The notes: a model not told the origin generated them from the sequence alone. Shown: positions 27,853 through 36,024, counted from the stretch's first letter. The stretch is 64,000 bases of DNA from Roseateles toxinivorans (GCA_945898095.1 CAMDHE010000002.1:6084-70083), one strand, 5' to 3'. Made by a program: numbers and translations.

Positions 27853-28770
27853 TCACTGGGCCGATTTGCCGGCCCAGTAATGGCTCTGGCCATAGCTGAG
27901 CTTGAGAAAATCGATCCACAAGCGCACCCGCAGCGGCAAATGCTTGGCATGCGGGAACAGCGCATAAATGCCGTTCGGCGGCGCTGCGAAGGCATCGAGT
28001 GCCGTCACCAAGCGGCCGGCGGCCAAGTCTGCCTCGACCTCCCAGGTGCTGCGCCATGCCAGACCCTGGCCGGCCAGACACCAGTCATGCAGCACCTGCC
28101 CATCGCTGCAATCGAGCCGCCCGCTCGGCCGCAGATGAACCAGCTCACCGCCGACCTTGAAGGCCCAGCCACGGGTCTGGCTGGCGTCTGAGCTGAGCGT
28201 CAAACAGGCATGCCGTGCCAACTCCGAAGGATGCTGGGGCATGCCGGCGCGCTTCAGATAAGCCGGCGAAGCAACGCATAAGCGCCGGTTATCAGCCAAA
28301 CGCACGCTGATCAAGCTTGAATCGGGCAGATCTCCGACACGCACAGCGCAATCGAAACCCTCGCCGGCGAGGTCGACGACGCGGTCGCTGAGGTTCAATG
28401 AAACGCTGACGTCCGGGTGCAGGGCGATGAAATCAGGCAGCAGCGGCGCCACATGGCGGCGCCCGAAGCCGGCCGGCGCGGTGATGCGCAGATGGCCGCT
28501 GGCCTTGACGCCGCCGGCGCTGACGCTGGCTTCGGCATCGGCAAATGCCGTCAGCAAATGCTGACAATCCTCGAGAAAGGCGCTGCCTTCATGGGTCAGC
28601 GTGATGCGCCTTGTCGTCCGCACCAGCAGCTTGACGCCCAGACGCGACTCAAGCGCATCGATGCGCCGCCCCATCACGGCAGGCGCCACGCCCTCGACCA
28701 TTGCGGCGGCTGTCAGGCTGCCTTTGAGGGCGACCGAGACAAAAGACTCGATTTGCTTGAGACGATCCAT
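27853..28770 (-). CDS. LysR family transcriptional regulator (divergent from glcB)
   Basis: MDRLKQIESFVSVALKGSLTAAA... HTH plus LysR substrate domain. ATG at 28770 preferred over 28818. Confidence 0.9.
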   Translation of the reverse strand: MDRLKQIESFVSVALKGSLTAAAMVEGVAPAVMGRRIDALESRLGVKLLVRTTRRITLTHEGSAFLEDCQHLLTAFADAEASVSAGGVKASGHLRITAPAGFGRRHVAPLLPDFIALHPDVSVSLNLSDRVVDLAGEGFDCAVRVGDLPDSSLISVRLADNRRLCVASPAYLKRAGMPQHPSELARHACLTLSSDASQTRGWAFKVGGELVHLRPSGRLDCSDGQVLHDWCLAGQGLAWRSTWEVEADLAAGRLVTALDAFAAPPNGIYALFPHAKHLPLRVRLWIDFLKLSYGQSHYWAGKSAQ

Positions 28771-28919
28771 GATCCGGCGATTGTCCTGCTTTACGCGGCT
28801 AAAAAGCAGATTCAGCAATTGATTCAGCTATTTTGCACAGGGTAGCAAAGCGCAGGCGAATAGGAATCACAGCCGGCGATTGGCTAAAATCGCCTGGATA
28901 TTCTCCCGAGGTCCTCCCC

Positions 28920-31118
28920 ATGTCAGCAAGAACCGCCATCCACCGTCTGCAAGTTGCCACCCCGCTGTACCGCTTCGTCGAAGACCGGGTCTTGCCCGGC
29001 AGCGGCATCAGCAGCGAGCATTTCTGGGCCGGTTTCGATGCCATCGTCCATGACCTGGCGCCGAAGAATATTGCCTTGCTGGCCGAACGCGATCGCCTGC
29101 AGACCGAACTCGATGGCTGGCACCGCGCCCATCCAGGCCCGATCGCTGATATGCCGGCCTACCGCAGCTACCTTGAGAGCATCGGCTATCTGGTGCCGAT
29201 GCCGGCCGATGTGCAGTCGACCACGGCCAATGTCGACGCCGAACTGGCATTGCAAGCCGGCCCGCAGTTGGTGGTGCCGATCCTGAATGCCCGCTACGCC
29301 TTGAACGCCGCCAATTCGCGCTGGGGCTCGCTGTACGACGCGCTCTACGGTACCGACGTGATCGCCGAAGACCATGGCGCTGAAAAAGGCCGCGGTTACA
29401 ACCCGGTGCGGGGTGCCCGCGTGATTGCCTATGCACGCCAGATGCTTGACCAGGCCGCACCCTTGCTGCAGGGTTCGCACAAGGATGCAACCGGCTACCG
29501 CGTCGAAGCCGGACGGCTGGTGGTTGCCCAAGGTGCTGCGAGTACCGGCCTGGCCGATGCCACCCGGTTCGCCGGCTTCCAGGGCGATGCCGCTGCGCCT
29601 TCCTCCATCCTGCTGATCAACAACGGCCTGCACCTGGACATCCGCATCGACCGCAGCACGACCATCGGCCAGAGCGATGCCGCTGGCGTCAGCGATCTGG
29701 TGCTGGAAGCGGCGCTGTCGACGATTCTGGACCTCGAGGACTCGGTCGCGGCGGTTGATGCCGAAGACAAGGTGCTGGCCTATGAAAACTGGCTGGGCAT
29801 CCTGCAAGCCACGCTGACCGAAGAGTTGACCAAGAACGGCAAGACGATCAGCCGCAGCCTGAATCCGGATCGCATCTACAACGGGCCCGATGGCAAAGCC
29901 GGCGCTGTCCGCCTGCATGGCCGCAGCTTGATGTTCCTGCGCAATGTCGGCCACCTGATGACCAACCCGGCCGTGCTCTATGGCGAGCAGGGCCTGGAAA
30001 TCCACGAGGGCATCCTCGACGCGGTGATCACGACCACGATCGCCATCCACGACCTGCAGCGCCATGGCAAGGCCGAGATCTGCAACTCACGCACCGGCTC
30101 GGTCTATATCGTCAAGCCCAAGATGCATGGCCCGGCCGAAGTGGCTTTCGCGTCCGAGTTGTTCGGTCGCGTCGAAGCGATGCTGGGCCTGCCCGAGAAC
30201 ACGGTCAAGCTCGGCATCATGGACGAAGAGCGTCGCACCAGCGTCAACCTGAAGGCCTGCATCGCCGCCGCCGCTGCGCGCGTGGCCTTCATCAACACCG
30301 GTTTCCTCGACCGCACCGGCGACGAGATGCATACCGCCATGCAGGCCGGCCCGATGATCCGCAAGGGCGACATGAAGAGCAGCGCCTGGATCCAGGCCTA
30401 TGAGCGCAGCAATGTGCTGACTGGTCTGGCCTGCGGCCTGCGCGGCCGGGCCCAGATCGGCAAGGGCATGTGGGCGATGCCCGACCTGATGGCAGCGATG
30501 CTCGAACAGAAGATCGCCCATCCGAAAGCCGGCGCCAATACTGCCTGGGTGCCCTCGCCAACCGCAGCAACGCTGCATGCCCTGCATTACCACCAGGTCA
30601 ATGTCACGGCAGTGCAGATCGAGATGGAAAAAATCGACGCCGCAGCCGAGCATGACGGCCTGCTGACCCGCTTGCTGCAGATCCCGGTCGAGGCCAAGCC
30701 GGCATGGACTGCTGCCGAAATTCAGCAAGAGCTGGACAACAATGCGCAGGGCATCCTCGGCTATGTGGTGCGCTGGATCGACCAGGGCGTCGGCTGCTCC
30801 AAGGTACCCGACATCCACAATGTCGCGCTGATGGAAGACCGCGCCACGCTGCGTATCTCGAGCCAGCATATTGCCAATTGGTTGCTGCACGGCATTGCCA
30901 GCGCCGCGCAGGTGCATGCGACCTTCGAGCGCATGGCCGCTGTCGTCGACGGGCAGAACGCCGGCGATGCGCAGTACCAGAATATGGCAGGGCATTTCGA
31001 CAGCTCAGCGGCTTACCAGGCCGCACTCGACCTGGTCTTCAAAGGCCTTGAGCAGCCCAGCGGCTACACCGAGCCGCTGCTGCATGCCTGGCGCTTGAAA
31101 GTCAAGGCCGCCGCCTGA
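28920..31118 (+). CDS. glcB: Malate synthase G
   Basis: 732 aa from ATG at 28920 ([30 protein letters not shown]...). Length and sequence typical of GlcB. Confidence 0.95.
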   Translation: MSARTAIHRLQVATPLYRFVEDRVLPGSGISSEHFWAGFDAIVHDLAPKNIALLAERDRLQTELDGWHRAHPGPIADMPAYRSYLESIGYLVPMPADVQSTTANVDAELALQAGPQLVVPILNARYALNAANSRWGSLYDALYGTDVIAEDHGAEKGRGYNPVRGARVIAYARQMLDQAAPLLQGSHKDATGYRVEAGRLVVAQGAASTGLADATRFAGFQGDAAAPSSILLINNGLHLDIRIDRSTTIGQSDAAGVSDLVLEAALSTILDLEDSVAAVDAEDKVLAYENWLGILQATLTEELTKNGKTISRSLNPDRIYNGPDGKAGAVRLHGRSLMFLRNVGHLMTNPAVLYGEQGLEIHEGILDAVITTTIAIHDLQRHGKAEICNSRTGSVYIVKPKMHGPAEVAFASELFGRVEAMLGLPENTVKLGIMDEERRTSVNLKACIAAAAARVAFINTGFLDRTGDEMHTAMQAGPMIRKGDMKSSAWIQAYERSNVLTGLACGLRGRAQIGKGMWAMPDLMAAMLEQKIAHPKAGANTAWVPSPTAATLHALHYHQVNVTAVQIEMEKIDAAAEHDGLLTRLLQIPVEAKPAWTAAEIQQELDNNAQGILGYVVRWIDQGVGCSKVPDIHNVALMEDRATLRISSQHIANWLLHGIASAAQVHATFERMAAVVDGQNAGDAQYQNMAGHFDSSAAYQAALDLVFKGLEQPSGYTEPLLHAWRLKVKAAA

Positions 31119-31136
31119 TCCAGACGGACCGGCGCC

Positions 31137-31160
31137 GTCAGGCTGCCCCGGCAGCCTGAC
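31137..31160 (+). terminator. Strong GC hairpin GTCAGGCTGCC..GGCAGCCTGAC after glcB
   Basis: 9-10 bp perfect inverted repeat 19 nt after the glcB stop. No U-tract, so function is uncertain. Confidence 0.35.
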
Positions 31161-31185
31161 CCAACCCCTATTGAAGCAAGGCCGC

Positions 31186-32211
31186 ATGAGCAGCAACAAG
31201 CCGATCGACATCGTCTACCTCTGGGTCGACGGCAATGACCCCGCCTGGCGCAAAAAGCGCCAGCGCGCAGCCGCTGCGCTGTGCCCAACAGCCTTGGCCA
31301 TGCATGGCAATGTCGAAGGGCGCTTCCGCGACAACGACGAATTGCGTTACAGCCTGCGCGCCCTGGAGCGCTTCTTTCCGGGCCATGGCCATGTCTATAT
31401 CGTCACCGACGGGCAGAGGCCGGAATGGCTGAAGCCTGGGGCAGGTCTGACCGTGGTCGACCACCGTCAGTTGATCGCAAGCGCTGCGCTGCCAACCTTT
31501 GATTCGGGCCATATCGAGTCCTATATCCACCACATCGAGGGCCTGTCGGAACGTTTCTTCTATCTCAACGACGATGTGTTTTTCGGCGCGCCGGTACGGG
31601 TCGAGGACTGGTTCAGCGACAGCGGCATCTATTCAGCCTGGTCAGACGAGCCGCTGGTCAGCGACGAGCCGCTCAGGCAGGACGGCAACGCGCTCGAGAA
31701 TGCCTGCCGCGCCGCGACCCATTGGTTGCGCGCCAGCGGAGTTGCCCAAGCAACAGCGGGCTTGCGCACCTTTGCCCATGCGCCCCGGCCGCTGCTGAAG
31801 TCGCTGATTTTCGAGCTCGAGCGGCTCGCACCTGAGGTCTTCGAGCGGACCCGCTCGACGGTGTTCAGGGTCTGGGACAAACCGCCGGTGATCTCGGACC
31901 TGTTGCTGCGCTGGGCCTTGTCGCGCGGCATCGTTGCGATTCGCGCTTACGAGCAACTGCACCTCGATACCGGCAATGCCGACCCGTTCAACTGCCTGGA
32001 ACAACTGAAAATCGACTTCGGCAGGCTTGATTTTTTCTGCATCAACGACACTACCGATGATGCCCATTCGCAGGACCCGCGCCTGCTCAGGGTGCGGCTG
32101 GCTTTGCAGCAGTTGCTGCCGGAGCCTTCATGTTTCGAGCGCCAGCGGGTTGAAATGCTGCCCCGGCACCATGCTGCAAAGCCCTCACTGCGCGAACTCC
32201 AGCCCGCCTGA
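31186..32211 (+). CDS. Stealth family protein (putative sugar-1-phosphate phosphotransferase)
   Basis: Stealth CR1 DIVYLWVDGNDPAW, CR2 ELRYSLRALERFFP..VYIVTDGQRPEWL and FFYLNDDVFFG, CR3/CR4-like HAPRPL..., FFCINDT. Confidence 0.85.
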   Translation: MSSNKPIDIVYLWVDGNDPAWRKKRQRAAAALCPTALAMHGNVEGRFRDNDELRYSLRALERFFPGHGHVYIVTDGQRPEWLKPGAGLTVVDHRQLIASAALPTFDSGHIESYIHHIEGLSERFFYLNDDVFFGAPVRVEDWFSDSGIYSAWSDEPLVSDEPLRQDGNALENACRAATHWLRASGVAQATAGLRTFAHAPRPLLKSLIFELERLAPEVFERTRSTVFRVWDKPPVISDLLLRWALSRGIVAIRAYEQLHLDTGNADPFNCLEQLKIDFGRLDFFCINDTTDDAHSQDPRLLRVRLALQQLLPEPSCFERQRVEMLPRHHAAKPSLRELQPA

Positions 32212-32235
32212 ATTGCCAGTCACCGAAAGAAAAAA

Positions 32236-32817
32236 ATCGAAGCATTCCTCGTCTCTACCGGCCTCGTTGCCCTGGCCGAAATCGGCGACAAGACCCAGCT
32301 GCTGGCCTTCTTGCTGGCCGCGAGATTCCGCAAGCCGCTGCCGATCTGCCTGGGCATCCTGCTCGCCACCCTGGCCAACCACGCGGCCGCTGGCGCGCTC
32401 GGCGCCTGGATCACCACCCAGGTGAACCCGGCGACGATGCGCTGGGTGCTGGGCATCGGTTTTATCGCGATGGCCGTCTGGACCATGATCCCCGACAAAA
32501 TCGACGCTGAAGACGCCGAGGGCAAAGGCTTCAAGCTGGGCGTGCTCGGCACCACCATCGTGGCCTTTTTCCTGGCTGAGATGGGCGACAAGACGCAGAT
32601 CGCCACCGTTGCCCTGGCTGCACAGTACCCGCAGTTGCTCGCGGTGGTGGCCGGCACGACGCTGGGCATGATGATCGCCAACGTTCCAGCGGTCTACCTC
32701 GGCGACCGCATCGCACACAAGATTCCCTTGCGGCTGGTGCATGGCGTGGCCGCCTTGATCTTCGCGGCCCTGGGAGTCGCCACGCTGCTTGGAGCAGGTA
32801 GCAGCTTCGGCTTCTAG
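32236..32817 (+). CDS. GDT1/TMEM165 (UPF0016) family cation transporter; start codon uncertain
   Basis: Two E-x-G-D-K-T motifs (AEIGDKTQLLAF at about 32275, AEMGDKTQIATV at about 32578). The first motif and TM1 lie upstream of the first canonical start (TTG 32311). Only ATT (32212) or ATC (32236) are in frame after the Stealth stop. Confidence 0.8.
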   Translation: MEAFLVSTGLVALAEIGDKTQLLAFLLAARFRKPLPICLGILLATLANHAAAGALGAWITTQVNPATMRWVLGIGFIAMAVWTMIPDKIDAEDAEGKGFKLGVLGTTIVAFFLAEMGDKTQIATVALAAQYPQLLAVVAGTTLGMMIANVPAVYLGDRIAHKIPLRLVHGVAALIFAALGVATLLGAGSSFGF

Positions 32818-32982
32818 GGATGCTCTGCAAAACTCAACGCGAGTGTGTGTAGTGCGGATCGGAATGGGATGCAAGGCGCATTTTGCGGCCAATAGCGCGT
32901 GCTATTGGCAATAAATGCAACGCCGCAGACCGCCCGAGGCCGCGCTATCACAAACCGCGAGGGGTTATGCAGAGCATCCCTA
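32815..32982 (+). mobile_element. MITE-like element, copy C
   Basis: TA|GGGATGCTCTGCAAAAC ... GTTATGCAGAGCATCCC|TA. About 8 mismatches to copy A by manual alignment. Its first 3 nt (TAG) are the stop codon of the GDT1-family gene. Confidence 0.8.
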
Positions 32983-33038
32983 CGACCACCAGCCTGACCG
33001 CGCTCGCAGCGCCGCATCAGGTCGGCTGCCGGTGACTC

Positions 33039-34121
33039 TCAGGCTTGCTTGAACATCCGCAGCCAGGCCTTGCGGCCCAGGTGCGGCGCCAGTTGCCAGA
33101 CCGGCATCCGCAAGCCATGGGCGCGCAGGTACAAGCCCGCCCGCGCCAGGCTGCTGGCATGGCTGTTGACCAGCCGGTTGTCGGGTGCAAGCGCGCGCAG
33201 ATACATCGCATCGAAGCAGGCCAGCTTCAGCCGCCCGATCGCTGCCGCTTCGGCAGCCGCAGCCAGCGTCGCCTCGGGCACGAGCGTGCCCAGGATCATC
33301 CCGGCATAGCGCAGCGCCAGAAAAACCGGCCAGACCAGCTTCAATTCGACCGCACGCTCCAGCAAGCGTGGCCAGAACTGCGGCTCGGCGGCGGCGAATT
33401 CGACCAGCAAGGCGTCCAGATCGTAAAGATCACGCAGCCCGTTGTTCAGCTCGCCTTCGTGGAACAAATGGGTCGCGCTATGGATCACCATGTCGCGTGG
33501 CGACAGCGTGCGCAGGCTGCGGCCCGGGATGCCCACGCTGGCGTCAATCAGCGTCGCCGCGTCGGGCACCCGCCCGCTGCTCAAGGGCAGAATATTGTGG
33601 TGCACGTCAACGATGGTGCCGCGCCGGTGGTTCACCATTGGCGGCAGTTCATGCATCCAGCGCCGGTAATAGCGCTCGTCATAAGGATCGATGTTGCCGA
33701 TGCGCCAGCCATGCAGCATCAGCGCGGCTTCAACCGCGTTCAAGGCCTCGCCAGGCACCAGCAAGTCAACATCGCCGAACAAGCGCCCGCGTGCTGCCCG
33801 CTGGCCGCGCATGGCATAGGCAGCGCCTTTCAGCAAAACGATCGGCACGCCCAGCGGCTGCAGCGCTTTTTCCAGGTGGCTGCATTCCCATTCGATCGCT
33901 TGTTGCTGATGCGCAGTAAGCCTCGACGTCGCCAGCAAATGCCGCGCAACTTGTGGTGGCAGCCTCTCCAGCAGCTGTTGTTCGCCCGCGATTTCGGCCA
34001 AGCGGCCGATCAGATTGGCGCTGCGCGCCAGCCGCAGCAAACGGTCCCATTGCCGCAAGCTCAAGCAAGGCCAGGTCCAGGGCTGGCGCAGCAAGCCGGT
34101 CAGCGAAAGCTCATTCGCCAT
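33039..34121 (-). CDS. Nucleotidyltransferase family protein (NTP_transf_5-like)
   Basis: ORF trimmed to ATG at 34121 (MANELSLTGLLRQPW...). Polymerase-beta-type motif RGRLFGDVDLLVP (DVD at 33765-33773). 11-nt overlap with the kinase gene. Confidence 0.75.
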   Translation of the reverse strand: MANELSLTGLLRQPWTWPCLSLRQWDRLLRLARSANLIGRLAEIAGEQQLLERLPPQVARHLLATSRLTAHQQQAIEWECSHLEKALQPLGVPIVLLKGAAYAMRGQRAARGRLFGDVDLLVPGEALNAVEAALMLHGWRIGNIDPYDERYYRRWMHELPPMVNHRRGTIVDVHHNILPLSSGRVPDAATLIDASVGIPGRSLRTLSPRDMVIHSATHLFHEGELNNGLRDLYDLDALLVEFAAAEPQFWPRLLERAVELKLVWPVFLALRYAGMILGTLVPEATLAAAAEAAAIGRLKLACFDAMYLRALAPDNRLVNSHASSLARAGLYLRAHGLRMPVWQLAPHLGRKAWLRMFKQA

Positions 34122-35070
34122 GCTCGCCCGCCAGCCAATCGAAAACCTCGATCGCATCATCGAGCCGGCTGTACTCGAAATCATGGCAATCGCATTGCTG
34201 CACCAGCCGGCCCACTGCATCGAAACCGAGCTCACCGAGGATGCTGTAGTTGAATGAATTTTCGGCGAAATGGGTGAAGGTCTGGACCTTGGCGCGCGGC
34301 GTCAGCAGTGGCGCGGCGCCGGCCTGATAGCGTGGAAAAACAATCCAGCGGGCCGGTGCAGTCTCGAGCATACGGGCCACGCTGTCGGCCGGAGGGCGCA
34401 AATGGGTCACCTGGCCGCGCGTGGTCGCGTAGACCTCGGGGCCCCAGCTCATGCCGGGCTCGAAGTTGCGCAACAAGGCGATCGACTCGTTTTTCAGATT
34501 GATCGGCCGGGCCAACGCATGGGCATGCAGGCTCAGAGGATCGAGCAGGGTCAGCTCGTCCGAAAGCAAGCGCCAGCCGCGCAATGCCAGGGCGGCACAG
34601 AGCGTGCTCTTGCCCGAGCCGGGCGGCGCCGGCAGGATCAACACCTGCCCGTTGCGTTCCAGGCTGGCGGCATGAATCGTCAACCATTGGTGTGCAGACG
34701 AGGCGAGCGCCCAGTTCAAACCCCATTCCAGCATCGCCGGCGCCTGCTCGCGCGGCAAGGGTTCGAACGGTGCATGGCCATCGATCAGGAACTCGACCTG
34801 CTGCCGCAACCAGCGCCGCAAATTCATCGGCTGGCGCAACTCCACATGGAAATCGGCAAAGTCGGGATCGATGAAAAAGGGATGCTGCGCGTACAGACGG
34901 TGCAGCGACTGCGCCACATCGGGCAACGTCGAGCGGATCCTGGCGATCAACTGCCCGGTCTGCAAGGCCAGCTTCCCGTCACTGAGCAGCCCCGCGACTT
35001 CTGCCAGCGATAACTCACCCAATCGACCATTCTGGCCGCCTGGCCCAAGCCGCAAGGTTGCCGCGCTCAT
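34111..35070 (-). CDS. HPr-kinase-related P-loop kinase ('HprK-related kinase A'-like)
   Basis: 319 aa. LILPAPPGSGKSTLCAALALRGWRLLSDELTLL parallels HprK/P GxSGxGKSE..L...GHxLVADD. P-loop at 34603-34620. Confidence 0.75.
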   Translation of the reverse strand: MSAATLRLGPGGQNGRLGELSLAEVAGLLSDGKLALQTGQLIARIRSTLPDVAQSLHRLYAQHPFFIDPDFADFHVELRQPMNLRRWLRQQVEFLIDGHAPFEPLPREQAPAMLEWGLNWALASSAHQWLTIHAASLERNGQVLILPAPPGSGKSTLCAALALRGWRLLSDELTLLDPLSLHAHALARPINLKNESIALLRNFEPGMSWGPEVYATTRGQVTHLRPPADSVARMLETAPARWIVFPRYQAGAAPLLTPRAKVQTFTHFAENSFNYSILGELGFDAVGRLVQQCDCHDFEYSRLDDAIEVFDWLAGEHGE

Positions 35071-35327
35071 CTCAGCAGACCATGGGCTTCAAGCTGATCG
35101 CGGGCTTGCGCTACCGCCAAGGGCAAATCGACGATCTCGGCAAAGTCGGCGGCCAGGCGCTTGCAGAGCGCTGACTGATCGAGCGAAGGCGCTTCGAGCC
35201 AGACCCTGAAGACCTCGGCAGTCAGCCGGTTCAACCCATGGGTGTTGCCATATTGCCGATCAAAAATAACTGCCCCGTCGGACCAGCAGCGCCACAGGAA
35301 ACCCGGGCTATCTCGATGTTCGATCAC
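35067..35327 (-). CDS. PqqD-family (RiPP-recognition-element-like) small protein
   Basis: 86 aa. W..W.DGAVIFDRQYGNTHGLNRLTAEVFRVWLE pattern of PqqD-like chaperones. ATGA overlap with the kinase gene. Confidence 0.7.
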   Translation of the reverse strand: MIEHRDSPGFLWRCWSDGAVIFDRQYGNTHGLNRLTAEVFRVWLEAPSLDQSALCKRLAADFAEIVDLPLAVAQARDQLEAHGLLR

Positions 35328-35330
35328 GAC

Positions 35331-35876
35331 TCAAGCGACGATGCCGTTGCTCTGCAGATAGTCCTTGATCTGCACATCGGTCCAGTTCACACCGGCGGTC
35401 ACGGTGTAGTAACCCAGAGTCGACCATTGGGTCCAGATCGACTGCACGACCGCAGTGGTCAGCACATTGGCTGGCACATAGCCAAGCAGGATGTTCAGAT
35501 AAGCCGACAGGACGTAAGCGGCCAGACTGGTTGGGTACTGAACCAGGACTTGCCTCATCGTCAAACTGGTTCCGGAAACAATGAAATTGCTGCCTGAAAA
35601 AGTCGGGTGAAACAGCGTGCTGGAAGCTATTGGCCAGCCCGTTTCATCGGCATCCCTGAAAAACACCGGCGATTTCGCGCCAACGCAAAGCCCATCCTTG
35701 CCAGCTTGCGAAGCGCTGGTGTTCTTCGACAGCGAGCGCGATGGCGTGAAGCAGGTATTGCCCAGCGCGGGTTGGCTGATCAAGGTCAGGATCGCCGGCG
35801 TGGCCGCCGCACCCGCGCCGAGAAACCTGCGTCGCCGCGGGTCCGGTATTGCCTGAGAACTTTCACTGTTTTCCAT
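35331..35876 (-). CDS. Tat-signal secreted protein of unknown function
   Basis: 181 aa. Twin-arginine motif DPRRRRFLGAGAAATPAILTLISQPALG (35820-35837 encodes RRRRFL). Ser/Thr-rich start of the mature part, two Cys. Stop is 3 nt before the PqqD start. Confidence 0.75.
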   Translation of the reverse strand: MENSESSQAIPDPRRRRFLGAGAAATPAILTLISQPALGNTCFTPSRSLSKNTSASQAGKDGLCVGAKSPVFFRDADETGWPIASSTLFHPTFSGSNFIVSGTSLTMRQVLVQYPTSLAAYVLSAYLNILLGYVPANVLTTAVVQSIWTQWSTLGYYTVTAGVNWTDVQIKDYLQSNGIVA

Positions 35877-36024
35877 CTGAACACCCTTGGGTTTGCGCCC
35901 CCTGCCCCTTTCAGGCTCTCAGAGTCACCGGCCGCTGACTATCCGCAGGCCCTGGACAGAGTGTTCCACACAAGTTCTTTCCGCGCGGTGCCAATCACCC
36001 CTCGAACGGGGGCCGCGAGCCGGC

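Noticed and set aside
27858-27879. Hairpin CTGGGCCG-atttgc-CGGCCCAG as a bidirectional terminator between psiF and the LysR gene
   Set aside because: It lies inside the last codons of the LysR coding sequence and lacks a U-tract, so I could not support it as an independent feature.
28771-28919. Glycine riboswitch upstream of malate synthase (known in some marine alphaproteobacteria)
   Set aside because: None of the conserved glycine-aptamer blocks (GGAGAG...CACCG...GGGGCAA-type) is visible. The region looks like a LysR-type control region instead.
32212-32311. Stop-codon read-through fusing Stealth and GDT1 (same reading frame across TGA 32209-32211)
   Set aside because: A soluble phosphotransferase fused to a 6-TM transporter has no precedent known to me and no read-through context is evident. 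A non-canonical start or re-initiation is the simpler explanation, reported as a finding.
33045-35013. Plus-strand ORFs of 402 aa (33045..34253) and 247 aa (34270..35013) opposite the NTase and kinase genes
   Set aside because: The minus-strand genes carry the catalytic motifs (DVD, GSGKST) and coupled start/stop overlaps. The plus-strand products are Arg/Gln/Pro/Ala-rich junk.
35877-36024. Sigma-54 promoter upstream of the Tat-protein gene (TGGCAC on the minus strand)
   Set aside because: The -12 element at the required spacing reads GGAAA rather than TTGCA, so there is only half a match.
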